DNA of 64,000 nt, taken from the NCBI GenBank assembly GCA_934101425.1, contig CAKOQQ010000002.1, forward strand, positions 8,141 to 72,140. Reading direction: 5' to 3'. The notes beneath the pieces were generated by a model, which was not told the origin of the DNA, did not search any database, and was given only the letters and a program-made list of their open reading frames with translations. Below, in pieces: positions 48,551 to 58,141 of this stretch. Numbering within the stretch: position 1 is the first letter of the stretch; each line of letters begins with the position of its first letter. The stretch comes from an uncultured Bacilli bacterium (lineage in GTDB: Bacteria; Bacillota_I; Bacilli_A; RF39; UBA660). The position numbers and the translations under genes were made by a program.

Positions 48551-49441
48551 TCATCTGGTAATATTATAATTAAATATTTTCCATGGTTTTATAATAGTTT
48601 TATCTTCCGTGCTTTTTTTATAAAGATAGATTGGCTTTTTATTATATGTAAATAAAACATAATCATCATCTTTAATATATATATTTTCTAAAGGACTTCC
48701 ATTTTTTACTTTGAAATATAGATTTTCATCCATTTCATAAGTTTTATATTTTGTTAAAGCTTCCATAATATCATGTACTTTTATATTACCGTTATTGATA
48801 TCAGATATTGTAATAGCATCTTCTATTTTGAAGTTACCTTGTCTTGTTCTTCTTAAACTACTCATTACGCCTATTGTATTTAATTCTTTAGCTATATCTC
48901 TTATTAAGCTTCTTATATATGTTCCTTTGCTAACTACACATCTAATTTTAAAAATAATTGTATCTTTTGTATATTCTATATCACTTATAAGTTCTAATTT
49001 TTTAATATTTACAAGACGAAATGGAATTTCTTTAGGGGTCTCATTATTAAATGCATAATCATAAAGTCTTTCTCCATTTACTTTTACTGCTGAATAAAGG
49101 GGAACTTGTTGCATATATTCTGTATTATATTTTTTTAAGGCATTTATTATTTCTTCTTTTGATTTATAAGTATAATTTTTATTTAATATTTTTCCTGTAG
49201 AGTCTAAAGTATCTGTTTCATATCCTAAGGTTATTTCTGCAATATATTCTTTTTCATCGGATGTCATAATTTCAACAAGATTTGTCGTTCCACCAATACA
49301 TAGCACTAATACACCAGTAGCAATAGGATCTAATGTACCCGTATGGCCTATTTTTTTAGTATTAAGTTTTTTAGATACAATATTTACTATATCTCGTGAT
49401 GTATAATTTTGAGGTTTATCAACTATTATAAAACCATTCAT
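48551..49441 (-). CDS. truB: tRNA pseudouridine(55) synthase.
   Basis: It has GFIIVDKP...TSRD and HTGTLDPIATGVLVLCIG motifs. Confidence 0.92.
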   Translation of the reverse strand: MNGFIIVDKPQNYTSRDIVNIVSKKLNTKKIGHTGTLDPIATGVLVLCIGGTTNLVEIMTSDEKEYIAEITLGYETDTLDSTGKILNKNYTYKSKEEIINALKKYNTEYMQQVPLYSAVKVNGERLYDYAFNNETPKEIPFRLVNIKKLELISDIEYTKDTIIFKIRCVVSKGTYIRSLIRDIAKELNTIGVMSSLRRTRQGNFKIEDAITISDINNGNIKVHDIMEALTKYKTYEMDENLYFKVKNGSPLENIYIKDDDYVLFTYNKKPIYLYKKSTEDKTIIKPWKIFNYNITR

Positions 49442-49446
49442 TTTTT

Positions 49447-49480
49447 CCTCTTTCTATGCCAAAACCTATATTTAAAAAAT
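49447..49480. terminator. Probable terminator between cysS and truB.
   Basis: There is a 9-bp palindrome, aaacctatat...atataggttt, with A and T flanks. Confidence 0.4.
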
Positions 49481-49503
49481 ATAGGTTTTATTCATTTATC
49501 AAT

Positions 49504-50910
49504 TTATTTTACAATTTCGTATGTTGTGCCTTCTCTACTATCTTTTAAGATTATGCCTTTGTTAGCTAATTCATCTCTTATTTGATCTGCTAAAGCATAA
49601 TTTTTTTCTTTTTTTGCATTATTTCTTTCTTCTATTTTAGCTAATATATATTCATCCATATCATTATCTTGATTTAATTTAGTATTTTCTTTTAATAAAT
49701 CTAATGATAATACTTCATCAAATTTTTCTATTAAATATAATTTTGTATTATTATTTATTTGATCTTTAATTACTGCATATAGTGTTGTTAAAGCTAAAGA
49801 TGTATTTAAATCATTTGATATTGCTTCTTTAAATTGTTCATTATATTTGTTAATAATATCGAAATCAAGTTCTCCATCTTTATTTTCTTTAATTTGTTTT
49901 ATTTTATTCAATAATTTTTCATATATTTTTTTAGTATTATCCATAGCATCATATGAGAACACTAATTGTTTTCTATAATGAGATTCAAGGCAGAATAATC
50001 TATATACTAGAGGATTATATCCTTTACTCTCTAATAAAGATAGTGTTAAAAATTCTCCTTTGCTTTTGCTCATTTTTCCTGTAGAATCATTTAAGTGTTC
50101 ACCATGTACCCAATAATTACACCATTTATGTCCAACAAAACCTTCTGTTTGAGCTATTTCATTTGTATGATGTGGGAATATATTATCTACTCCACCACAA
50201 TGGATATCTAAATATTCTCCTAGATATTCATATGATATACCAGAACATTCTATATGCCATCCAGGATATCCTACTCCCCAAGGACTATCCCATTTCATTG
50301 CTTGGTTTTCAAATTTACTTGAAGTAAACCAAAGGACAAAATCTGCTGGATTCTTTTTGTTTTTATCTTCTTCTACATCATCTCTTACACCAATCATAAG
50401 GTCTTCTTCTTTTTTTCCTGATAATTTATAATAATCAGTTGCTTTACTTACATCAAAATAAACATTTCCGTTTGCTATGTATGCATATCCAGTGTCTAAT
50501 AATTTTGTAATCATTTTTATATAAGTTTCTATATGAGCTGATGCTTTTTCTACTATTTCTGGCTTTTTTATATTTAATTTTTCAGTGTCATTAAAAAATG
50601 CTTTTGTATAGAAGTCTGCTATTTCATATACTGTTTTATGTTCTCTTTCAGCACCTTTTAGCATTTTATCTTCACCAGTATCAGCATCACTAGATAGATG
50701 GCCGACATCAGTTATATTCATAACTCTTTTTACATCATAACCTAAATATTTTAATGTTTTTTCAAATATATCTTCAAATATATAAGTTCTTAAATTCCCT
50801 ATATGTGCATAATGATATACTGTAGGACCACAAGTATACATCTTTACCTTTTTTTCTTCATATGGTATAAACTCTTCTACTTTTTTAGATAAAGTATTGT
50901 ATATTTTCAT
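49504..50910 (-). CDS. cysS: Cysteinyl-tRNA synthetase.
   Basis: It has the HIGN and KMSKS motifs (CGPTVYHYAHIGN..., KMSKSKG). Confidence 0.95.
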   Translation of the reverse strand: MKIYNTLSKKVEEFIPYEEKKVKMYTCGPTVYHYAHIGNLRTYIFEDIFEKTLKYLGYDVKRVMNITDVGHLSSDADTGEDKMLKGAEREHKTVYEIADFYTKAFFNDTEKLNIKKPEIVEKASAHIETYIKMITKLLDTGYAYIANGNVYFDVSKATDYYKLSGKKEEDLMIGVRDDVEEDKNKKNPADFVLWFTSSKFENQAMKWDSPWGVGYPGWHIECSGISYEYLGEYLDIHCGGVDNIFPHHTNEIAQTEGFVGHKWCNYWVHGEHLNDSTGKMSKSKGEFLTLSLLESKGYNPLVYRLFCLESHYRKQLVFSYDAMDNTKKIYEKLLNKIKQIKENKDGELDFDIINKYNEQFKEAISNDLNTSLALTTLYAVIKDQINNNTKLYLIEKFDEVLSLDLLKENTKLNQDNDMDEYILAKIEERNNAKKEKNYALADQIRDELANKGIILKDSREGTTYEIVK

Positions 50911-51004
50911 TGTATCACTCCTTTATATATATAGATTTTATCATATTTATGCATATTTAACAATTAATAATAATAAAATTTAATATAATTTTTTTAAAAA
51001 ATTA

Positions 51005-51033
51005 TTGCATAAATTTTATTATTATGGTATTAT
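51005..51033 (+). promoter_or_regulatory. Promoter of the tRNA-Ile/tRNA-Leu transcript.
   Basis: TTGCAT, a 17-nt spacer and TATTAT lie about 12 nt upstream of the tRNA. Confidence 0.45.
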
Positions 51034-51045
51034 TAATCTTGTGAT

Positions 51046-51122
51046 GGACCCTTAGCTCAGTTGGTTAGAGCAATCGGCTCATAACCGATCGGTCGTAGGT
51101 TCGAGCCCTACAGGGTCCACCA
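51046..51122 (+). tRNA. tRNA with anticodon CAT. It is most similar to the Bacillus tRNA-Ile2 (lysidine) type, but elongator Met is not excluded.
   Basis: The sequence is GGACCCTTAGCTCAGTTGGTTAGAGCAATCGGCTCATAACCGATCGG...CAGGGTCCACCA. Confidence 0.85.
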
Positions 51123-51133
51123 TCTTTGTTTTT

Positions 51134-51218
51134 GCGGGTGTGGCGGAATTGGCAGACGCACTAGACTTAGGATCTAGCGGAGTAATCCATGGGGGTTCAA
51201 GTCCCTTCACCCGCACCA
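51134..51218 (+). tRNA. tRNA-Leu (TAG).
   Basis: The sequence is GCGGGTGTGGCGGAATTGGCAGACGCACTAGACTTAGGATCTAGCGGAGTAATCC...CACCCGCACCA. It has a long variable arm. Confidence 0.9.
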
Positions 51219-51225
51219 TTATTAT

Positions 51226-51257
51226 AAAAAAAAAGGACTCGTTCTTTTTTTTTATAA
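51226..51257. terminator. Terminator after the tRNA pair.
   Basis: An A9 run, a short hairpin (aaggac-tcg-ttctt) and a T9 run are present. Confidence 0.45.
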
Positions 51258-51355
51258 TTAAAACAAGATGGTGAACCTTTAAACGAAGTTTAAGACCGAT
51301 CATATGAACCGTCTAACCAACAAAAAGGGTCCATCATATCTTCCAACAAAACAGT

Positions 51356-52147
51356 TTGATAAAAAATATGGATAATAAAAATTTAATAAAAGAATTTTCT
51401 ATAATTTCTAACAAAAGATGGATAAAAGCCATAAGTAACCATAATAATGCCGTTGGGCTTACTTTTGAAAATGAATTAAATAAGAAACCTGACAGCTTAT
51501 TTTTTCCAGACTATTATGGAATTGAAATTAAATGTACACAAAGATATAGTAGATATCCAATTGCACTATTTTCACAGTCTTTAGATGGACCATCATTATA
51601 TGAAATAAATAGATTACTAACATTATATGGTAAAACTGATGAAATATTCAAAGATAGAAAAGTTCTTATGGCAAATTTAAAATATAATGAGAAAGTTATT
51701 ATCAATGACAAATATAAATTTATGGTTACATTAGATGATACAAATAAGAAAATGTATTTTGAAATATACGATTTAAATGATAAATTACTTGAAAAAGAAT
51801 CATATATAAATTATGATACATTAAAATTAAAATTAGAAACTAAATTATCTAATTTAGCTATTGTATATGCCAGTAAGAAAATTGATAATAATATAAAATA
51901 TTTTAGATACTATAAAATGCAAATTTATAAATTACATTCATTTGATAAATTTATAGAACTTATAAAGAATAAGACAATTATTATTACTATATTATGTAGA
52001 GTATCTAGAAGTGGCTTAGAAATTGGTAGACAAAGAAATAAGAATATTATGTTTTCTATAAATAAAAAAGATATAGATAAACTATTTTTACTAGAAGATG
52101 AATGTGATAATGACAAATATAATGATTTTTCTTTTTTTAATATTTAG
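51356..52147 (+). CDS. MutH/Sau3AI/MvaI-BcnI-family endonuclease-like protein (PD-(D/E)XK).
   Basis: The segment NAVGLTFENELNKKPDSLFFPDYYGIEIKCTQ aligns with the MutH catalytic region GWIGVLLEIWLG...PEQDFAALGVELKTIP, and the D, E and K positions are conserved. The protein is 263 aa. Confidence 0.6.
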   Translation: MIKNMDNKNLIKEFSIISNKRWIKAISNHNNAVGLTFENELNKKPDSLFFPDYYGIEIKCTQRYSRYPIALFSQSLDGPSLYEINRLLTLYGKTDEIFKDRKVLMANLKYNEKVIINDKYKFMVTLDDTNKKMYFEIYDLNDKLLEKESYINYDTLKLKLETKLSNLAIVYASKKIDNNIKYFRYYKMQIYKLHSFDKFIELIKNKTIIITILCRVSRSGLEIGRQRNKNIMFSINKKDIDKLFLLEDECDNDKYNDFSFFNI

Positions 52148-52201
52148 ATAGTGATATTTCACTATCTTTTATATTGTGTTATAATTGTTTAAGGTGATTA
52201 T

Positions 52202-52819
52202 ATGCCACATTGGAAAACTCATATTGAAATAGCAAAGAGATGTAATGAATTTTTAAAATTTAATAAAAATGATTATACATTGTTTTTATTTGGTAATATT
52301 TTGCCAGATATTAATAACGGATATATTATAAGTGATATTGTAACTCATATCGATAGAAATTATACACATTTTAAAGATAATGATAGTCATAAAATTTATT
52401 TAAATTTTTATAATGAATATAAGAATAATATAAAGAATCCTATGATTCTAGGATATTACTGTCATTTATATGCTGATTATTCTTTTAATAATTTTGCATA
52501 CCCTATTTTAAATAATAATGAATCTTTTAAAAATTATACTAAAGATGAACTAAGAAGATTTAAACAAGATGAATTTAAAAGATATAATACCAATTTTAGT
52601 GATAATAATATTACAATTTATGACTGCAATGAGATTTTAGAAGAAACTAAAAAAATTAATAGAGTAAAAATATATAAAGATGATATTATTAAAGTTAGCA
52701 AATATTTAAATAATGGTGAAAATATACAAAATTTAAATTTCTTTAATAAAAATGATTTTGATATATTGATTGGTGATATTGTAAATGAAATAAAAAACTT
52801 CTATTTTAATAATAAATAG
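52202..52819 (+). CDS. Zinc-dependent phospholipase C-fold family protein (metal-dependent hydrolase).
   Basis: The N-terminus MPHWKTHIEIA, GNILPDIN and YYCHLYADY resemble the His/Asp metal ligands of the Zn-PLC / DUF457 fold. Confidence 0.45.
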   Translation: MPHWKTHIEIAKRCNEFLKFNKNDYTLFLFGNILPDINNGYIISDIVTHIDRNYTHFKDNDSHKIYLNFYNEYKNNIKNPMILGYYCHLYADYSFNNFAYPILNNNESFKNYTKDELRRFKQDEFKRYNTNFSDNNITIYDCNEILEETKKINRVKIYKDDIIKVSKYLNNGENIQNLNFFNKNDFDILIGDIVNEIKNFYFNNK

Positions 52820-52822
52820 AAG

Positions 52823-53242
52823 TTATTTTTTTAACATATTAAGTAAATTTATTTTAAACATATCTTTTTCTTGATCTTTTTTTGATATCATTACACCTTT
52901 ATATGTAGTTAATTCTGTTTGATGGCCTTCAGTTAAGATATCTTCTGGAGTAAGTGTTATAAGTATAACTTGTCTATCACTTTCATTAACTAAATAATGA
53001 AGTTTTATATCTCCATGAACTTTTGAAAACATAATGTTTGTAGGTAATTTTAGTTCAAAAGTTGATGTGTTCTTTTCTTTATCTTCAGCTACTTTTTCCC
53101 CTAGAAATTTACCTTCTTTTAAGGATGGATAGTATTCAAAATATAATTTTTTGAATGCAAGCATATTATATTTTTTTAGTGATCTTTCAAGCTTTTTAAA
53201 TTCATTTTCATTTACATATTCAAATGCATAGGAATCTCTCAC
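52823..53242 (-). CDS. Hypothetical protein. The C-terminal part weakly resembles the RelE/ParE toxin fold.
   Basis: The C-terminal segment is HGDIKLHYLVNESDRQVILITLTPEDIL. No confident family was found. Confidence 0.35.
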   Translation of the reverse strand: MRDSYAFEYVNENEFKKLERSLKKYNMLAFKKLYFEYYPSLKEGKFLGEKVAEDKEKNTSTFELKLPTNIMFSKVHGDIKLHYLVNESDRQVILITLTPEDILTEGHQTELTTYKGVMISKKDQEKDMFKINLLNMLKK

Positions 53243-53338
53243 TTTTACACCCCTCCTATTATCAATATAATAATATCATATATAGTATTTAAAAGTCAAA
53301 ATAAGTAAAAGAAAAATAAGAAATTGTTTACTTCTTAT

Positions 53339-53608
53339 TTACACTTTTAAATTGGCAATTGTAACGCCTGTATTATTATAATATGTTTTATATTCAATAA
53401 TATTCTTATTATTTTTAAGTACATCGTGAGTTACTTTTTTTATCGTTCCAGTTCCCACTCCGTGAACTATTACTATTATCTCATTTTTCATTTTTATATT
53501 GTCTACAATAAAATCTTCTATTGCTACTCTAGCGGTTTCACTATCATAACCATGTAGATCTAATTTGGGATAGCTATCTACAAATATTACACTATTTAAA
53601 TCTGTCAT
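53339..53608 (-). CDS. Smr-domain protein.
   Basis: It has LDLHGYDSETARVAIEDFI...IIVIVHGVGTGTIKKVTHDVL. Confidence 0.75.
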   Translation of the reverse strand: MTDLNSVIFVDSYPKLDLHGYDSETARVAIEDFIVDNIKMKNEIIVIVHGVGTGTIKKVTHDVLKNNKNIIEYKTYYNNTGVTIANLKV

Positions 53609-54491
53609 ATACTTCTTTCATTTCTTCCAATGTTGGCATAGAATATCTTCCACCTACTCTTGTTACTGATATAGCTCCTGCATAATTAGCAAATTTAAGT
53701 GTTTTTTCTAAACTGAATTTTTTTACAAGACCATAAACAAATGCGCCATGGAATATATCGCCAGCTCCTGTAGAGTCAAGTGCTTTTACTTTTAATGATG
53801 GTATTATTCTTAATTTACCATTTATTCTTGCCATACAACCATATGATTCTAAGGTTACTACTACATTATTTTTGAATTCTTGTTCTAATTTTGAATAAAC
53901 ACTTTCTAATGTTTCTACTTTGTCAAAATCTATTTTTTCTTCAGTAACTGTTTCTGCAAATTCTTTAGAACATACTAAGTAAGTACATTTTTTTGCTAAA
54001 TCTATTATTTCTTTTCTAGGTCTTCCTGCATCTATAATTGATATAGCATCTTTATAAGTATCAAGTGCTTTCATTGACATTTCATACTCTTGACCATCTA
54101 CTAATATATAATCAGGAGTAAAATCATAATCAACGTTAGTCATTTTCATTTTGCTTGGTCTATATGTGAATACCGTTCTGCTACCATTTTCTCTATTTGC
54201 AATTATAAAACTTGAAGTAGTTATGTGTTTAGCGCTTACTTCTAGATAATCTGTATTTACATGAACTTTTTCTAATTCATGTTTAATATTATGTCCATAT
54301 AAGTCATGTCCTACTATACCAGAAAAATATGTTTCAATTCCCCATTTACCAAGCAAATATGCAGCATTACTTGCAGGTCCTCCGCCACATTCCACTCTAT
54401 TTTTAACTCTATTTTTTGTGTTTTCTTTTGGAAATTCTTCTACTAAATATGTTATATCGTATGCTGCATGTCCAATACAAAGTACTTTCAT
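53592..54491 (-). CDS. PfkB-family carbohydrate kinase (ribokinase-like).
   Basis: The N-terminus is VLCIGHAAYDITY, the anion hole is GGGPASNAAY and the C-terminus has DSTGAGDIFHGAFVYGL. Confidence 0.8.
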   Translation of the reverse strand: MKVLCIGHAAYDITYLVEEFPKENTKNRVKNRVECGGGPASNAAYLLGKWGIETYFSGIVGHDLYGHNIKHELEKVHVNTDYLEVSAKHITTSSFIIANRENGSRTVFTYRPSKMKMTNVDYDFTPDYILVDGQEYEMSMKALDTYKDAISIIDAGRPRKEIIDLAKKCTYLVCSKEFAETVTEEKIDFDKVETLESVYSKLEQEFKNNVVVTLESYGCMARINGKLRIIPSLKVKALDSTGAGDIFHGAFVYGLVKKFSLEKTLKFANYAGAISVTRVGGRYSMPTLEEMKEVYDRFK

Positions 54492-54538
54492 ATTATCACC
54501 AATTATATTATATAAAAAAATAAAGATTTTATCAATCT

Positions 54539-55810
54539 TTATTTTCTATACTCAAATTCATAATCTAAGATTTTTACAGTATCTCCTTCTTCAGCACCAA
54601 GTTCACTTAGTTTATCATCAATTCCCATTTTTCTTAATTTATTAGCGAATCTATTAACTGATTCATCTGTATTAAATTTTGTCATTCTGAATAATTTTTC
54701 TACTTCTTTTCCTTTAATTAACCAAGCATCTTTTTCCTTTACTATTTCAAATGGTTTTTCACGTTCAAATTTATATAAGATATGTGATTCTGTTTCATCT
54801 TCATTAGTAAGTGGTACTTTTGGAATTTGATCTAACATATCTGCAAGTTTAAAAATTACTTCTTTTAGTCCTTCATTATTAATTGCTGATATTGGAATTA
54901 TTTCTTTATTTATTTCTTTTTTAAATTTTTCTAGATTTTCTAATGATGATGGCATATCCATTTTATTAGCGATTATTATTTCTGGTTTTTCGATTATACT
55001 TTTATTAAAGTTTTCTAATTCTTTTCTTATAATTTTATAATCATTTATAGGGTCTCTTCCTTCGGTTGCTCCCATATCTATTATATGAGCAATTACTCTT
55101 GTTCTTTCAATGTGTTTTAAGAATTTAATTCCAAGACCTTCACCTAATGAAGCTCCTTCGATAAGCCCTGGTAAATCGGCTACAACAAAACTTCTATTTT
55201 CATCTACTCTAACCATTCCTAAATTTGGACTTAAAGTAGTGAAATGATATGCAGCTATTTTTGGCTTGGCTGCTGATATTTTTGATATAAATGTACTTTT
55301 ACCTACAGATGGAAGTCCAACAAGTCCTACATCAGCAAGTAATTTAAGTTCTAATTTTACTTTTCTTATTTCTCCTGGTTCACCATTTTCGGCAAATGAA
55401 GGAGCTGGATTTGCTTTTGTAGCAAAAGCAATATTTCCTCTTCCTCCACGTCCACCATATGCTGCAATTACTTCGTCATCTTTCTTAGTCAAATCTGCAA
55501 TTACTAGATTAGTATCAACATCAGTTATTATTGTACCTTCTGGAACATATATAACTACATCTTTGGCATTTGATCCATGCATTCCTTTGCCAAGACCATT
55601 TTCACCTTTATTACCTTTTATAACTTTTTTATATCTTAAATCAAGTAATGTGTTTAATCCTTCATCTACTTTAAATATGATATCTGATCCTTTTCCACCA
55701 TTTCCACCAAATGGGCCACCCATTGGTACACATTTTTCTCTTCTAAACGCCATACACCCATTTCCACCATTTCCAGCTTCAAGTGTCACTATTACTTCAT
55801 CTACAAACAT
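54539..55810 (-). CDS. obg: GTPase Obg.
   Basis: It has the Gly-rich Obg fold (GGNGGKGSD...) and the G domain (GLPSVGKST, DLPGLIEGA, NKMD). Confidence 0.95.
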   Translation of the reverse strand: MFVDEVIVTLEAGNGGNGCMAFRREKCVPMGGPFGGNGGKGSDIIFKVDEGLNTLLDLRYKKVIKGNKGENGLGKGMHGSNAKDVVIYVPEGTIITDVDTNLVIADLTKKDDEVIAAYGGRGGRGNIAFATKANPAPSFAENGEPGEIRKVKLELKLLADVGLVGLPSVGKSTFISKISAAKPKIAAYHFTTLSPNLGMVRVDENRSFVVADLPGLIEGASLGEGLGIKFLKHIERTRVIAHIIDMGATEGRDPINDYKIIRKELENFNKSIIEKPEIIIANKMDMPSSLENLEKFKKEINKEIIPISAINNEGLKEVIFKLADMLDQIPKVPLTNEDETESHILYKFEREKPFEIVKEKDAWLIKGKEVEKLFRMTKFNTDESVNRFANKLRKMGIDDKLSELGAEEGDTVKILDYEFEYRK

Positions 55811-55818
55811 TTTATCAC

Positions 55819-56346
55819 CTACTTTATAAATCCATTTTGTACTAGTTTTGTTTCATTTACAACAATAAATGCTTTTTTATCTAATTTTTTTATTATTGAT
55901 GTTACATGAGATAAATTCTTTTTGTCTATTTCTATAAATAACATATATTTATCATTAATATTTAATTGGCCTCTCACATCAAGGACTGATACTCCATATC
56001 CTTCTTTTCTTATTGCGTCTACTAATTCATCATCATTTTTAGTTAAAATAACTTGTAATGTTAAATTACCTTGAATAAATTTATCTGATAGCATTCCACC
56101 TATATATGTTCCTGTAGCGTATCCGCCAGCATAAGATATAGCAATAAATAAACTATTTAAAATTCCTGTAAGTTCTGTATTTAAAGCGTCTTTTACTATT
56201 AAAAACCATATAAGTACTTCAAAAAAGCCAATTACAGCTCCAATTAAAGTTTTTCCTTTTACTACATTGATAGTTCTTATAGTTCCCATTGAAACATCTA
56301 TTATTCTACAACAAAAAATTTTTATACATAAAAAAACTAGTTCCAT
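55819..56346 (-). CDS. UPF0316/DUF2179-type small membrane protein.
   Basis: It has two to three TM helices and a C-terminal DUF2179-like domain. The true start may be an internal Met (MGTIRTIN). Confidence 0.5.
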   Translation of the reverse strand: MELVFLCIKIFCCRIIDVSMGTIRTINVVKGKTLIGAVIGFFEVLIWFLIVKDALNTELTGILNSLFIAISYAGGYATGTYIGGMLSDKFIQGNLTLQVILTKNDDELVDAIRKEGYGVSVLDVRGQLNINDKYMLFIEIDKKNLSHVTSIIKKLDKKAFIVVNETKLVQNGFIK

Positions 56347-56384
56347 TCATATCACCATTATTATTATAACAATATAATTATTTT

Positions 56385-56415
56385 TTATCAATTAAAACAT
56401 AAAAAAATAAAAGTA
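56385..56415 (-). terminator. Intrinsic terminator after rpmA.
   Basis: The hairpin auaaaagu-auuu-acuuuuau is followed by a U7 run on the minus strand. Confidence 0.55.
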
Positions 56416-56422
56416 AATACTT

Positions 56423-56710
56423 TTATTTTTCTTCGTATACACTTGCTTGTTTTCTATCTTTTCCGACTCTTTCGAATTTAACATATCCTGCTACTTTAGC
56501 ATATAATGTGTCATCTTTTCCAATTCCTACATTATGACCTGGATAAACTTTTGTACCTCTTTGACGATATATAATTGATCCTCCTGATACATATTCTCCA
56601 TCAGCAGCTTTTGCTCCTAATCTTTTAGCGATAGAGTCACGACCATTTTTAGTTGACCCTTGCCCTTTTTTATGAGCAAATAATTGAATATTTAACTTTA
56701 ATAAATTCAT
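56423..56710 (-). CDS. rpmA: 50S ribosomal protein L27, with the N-terminal propeptide cleaved by Prp.
   Basis: The product is [26 protein letters not shown]... The ATG at 56710 with a GGAGG RBS is preferred over the track GTG at 56719. Confidence 0.93.
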   Translation of the reverse strand: MNLLKLNIQLFAHKKGQGSTKNGRDSIAKRLGAKAADGEYVSGGSIIYRQRGTKVYPGHNVGIGKDDTLYAKVAGYVKFERVGKDRKQASVYEEK

Positions 56711-56723
56711 CAAGGACACCTCC

Positions 56724-57020
56724 TTATATTTCTACTTTAATATATTTTTTGTAATCTTTTTCTAATTCTTTTAGCATATCTAACATGTTACCGATAAGTA
56801 TATCTATTACTTCATTATGTTTATGTATTGTTATTTCTAAACTATTTTTATAACTAACTGAATCTTTATCTAATTTTAATAAAGCGTTTATTGTAGTTAT
56901 TACTATAGATGATACTGCAGCACATACGATATCTTTTCCGCTTACACTATAGCCAGCGTGACCTATTATATTGATATTTGTAATTTTGTTATCTTTTTCT
57001 ATAACTTTTACTTTTATCAT
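56724..57020 (-). CDS. prp: Ribosomal-processing cysteine protease Prp.
   Basis: It has IIGHAGY...DIVCAAVS and lies between rplU and rpmA. Confidence 0.88.
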   Translation of the reverse strand: MIKVKVIEKDNKITNINIIGHAGYSVSGKDIVCAAVSSIVITTINALLKLDKDSVSYKNSLEITIHKHNEVIDILIGNMLDMLKELEKDYKKYIKVEI

Positions 57021-57021
57021 A

Positions 57022-57324
57022 TTATTTTTCTATAATTTTTGTAATTTCAACTTTTGTATATGGTTGACGATGACCTTGTGTTTTACGGTATTTTTTCTTA
57101 GGATTGTATTTAAACACTTTAATTTTCTTTTGTTTTCCATGTTTAATTACAGTACCCTTTACTTGAATATTTTCTAAATAAGGATTTCCTGGTACTCCAT
57201 TTACCATTAAAACTTTGTCAAAAACAACTTCTTTAGATGGTTCAACATCTAATTTTTCTACATAAAGAACTGTCCCTTCTTCAACGTAGTATTGTTTTCC
57301 ACCTGTTTCAATAACTGCTTTCAT
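57022..57324 (-). CDS. rplU: 50S ribosomal protein L21.
   Basis: The product is [17 protein letters not shown]...[24 protein letters not shown]. Confidence 0.95.
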   Translation of the reverse strand: MKAVIETGGKQYYVEEGTVLYVEKLDVEPSKEVVFDKVLMVNGVPGNPYLENIQVKGTVIKHGKQKKIKVFKYNPKKKYRKTQGHRQPYTKVEITKIIEK

Positions 57325-57446
57325 TTTTTCAACTCCTTTACCTAAGACTCGCCATTAAGGTGCTACGCTTTAAACCTATTCTGTGCGGTTGTAGAGTAAA
57401 GCTCTACACAATAATGAATTTTACCATATATTCTTAAATAAGTCAA
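57325..57446 (-). promoter_or_regulatory. rplU promoter (TTGACT, 17-nt spacer, TAAAAT) and a structured 5' leader, possibly an L21-leader-type ribosomal autoregulatory element.
   Basis: The -35 is at 57441-57446 and the -10 at 57418-57423. The roughly 90-nt leader is GC-enriched relative to the surroundings and contains the perfect hairpin gtagag-cttta-ctctac. Confidence 0.45.
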
Positions 57447-58141
57447 CGATTTAGGTACTCTTTTTCTGTTATATACCTGCCATTATCTAAAATTAAGTGC
57501 CTATAATCTCTTTTGAAATTTTTTATACTTTTTACTTGTTTAAACTTTTTAAAATTAAAACTATATATTTTTCTTTCTAATATAAATTTATTAAATATAT
57601 ATTTATGATTATATAACTGCTTTATGGTATTAAAAAGTAATAAACTGATAATTAATATTACAATTAAATTATTATTATAAAAGAAAATTGCTATAAAAGA
57701 TATATATACACTTATTAAATGGCTTATTTTAAATGGTAGTATTTTATTTAAAAATAAATTAAGGATTTTATAGCCATCAAGAGGATATATAGGGATTAGA
57801 TTAAATAACAATAATATTATGGAATACTTTTTATTTGCTATAAAGAAAAGTTGTATTATTTGAAATATAAATCCTGATATTGAAATTATAAATTCTTCAA
57901 AAATAGGTTTATTTATTTTCTCATCAAATATAGTTAAACATCCAAATGGTAATATTATTATTTTATCTATTTTCCACTTAAAAAAAAGGCCAGATAAAAT
58001 ATGTCCTAATTCATGAAATAATATAATATTCATAATAGATGCAAATTTATTAAATTCACCATTTATTATTATTATAAATATAAATATGTATGTAAATGGA
58101 TGTATTTTAAATTTGTTCATTATAATCAAGTACTTTGCCAT
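57443..58141 (-). CDS. spoIVFB: Site-2 protease family M50 (SpoIVFB-like, pro-sigma-K processing type).
   Basis: It has an HELGH zinc motif, multiple TM helices and an LDG motif. Its position immediately upstream of rplU matches the B. subtilis spoIVFA-spoIVFB-rplU arrangement. Confidence 0.8.
   Translation of the reverse strand: MAKYLIIMNKFKIHPFTYIFIFIIIINGEFNKFASIMNIILFHELGHILSGLFFKWKIDKIIILPFGCLTIFDEKINKPIFEEFIISISGFIFQIIQLFFIANKKYSIILLLFNLIPIYPLDGYKILNLFLNKILPFKISHLISVYISFIAIFFYNNNLIVILIISLLLFNTIKQLYNHKYIFNKFILERKIYSFNFKKFKQVKSIKNFKRDYRHLILDNGRYITEKEYLNR

Noticed and set aside
50911-51045. A possible T-box leader upstream of cysS.
   Set aside because: The region is only about 135 nt long and contains neither a T-box sequence nor specifier-loop features. 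The cysS 5' region is adjacent to divergent tRNA genes instead.
51079-51303. A 74-aa minus-strand ORF.
   Set aside because: It lies entirely across the two tRNA genes and their terminator, and is judged spurious.
51320-51350. A direct repeat of the tRNA-Ile 3' end (agggtccatcatatc versus agggtccaccatc) that could mark an att site for the plus-strand islet.
   Set aside because: The match is short and imperfect, and the supposed repeat encloses only tRNA-Leu rather than the islet. It is probably coincidental, so it is kept only as a caveat in the islet finding.
55266-55829. A 187-aa plus-strand ORF rich in Pro/Gly/Ser.
   Set aside because: It is the antisense reading of the Gly-rich Obg N-terminal domain. 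Nothing else supports it as a gene.
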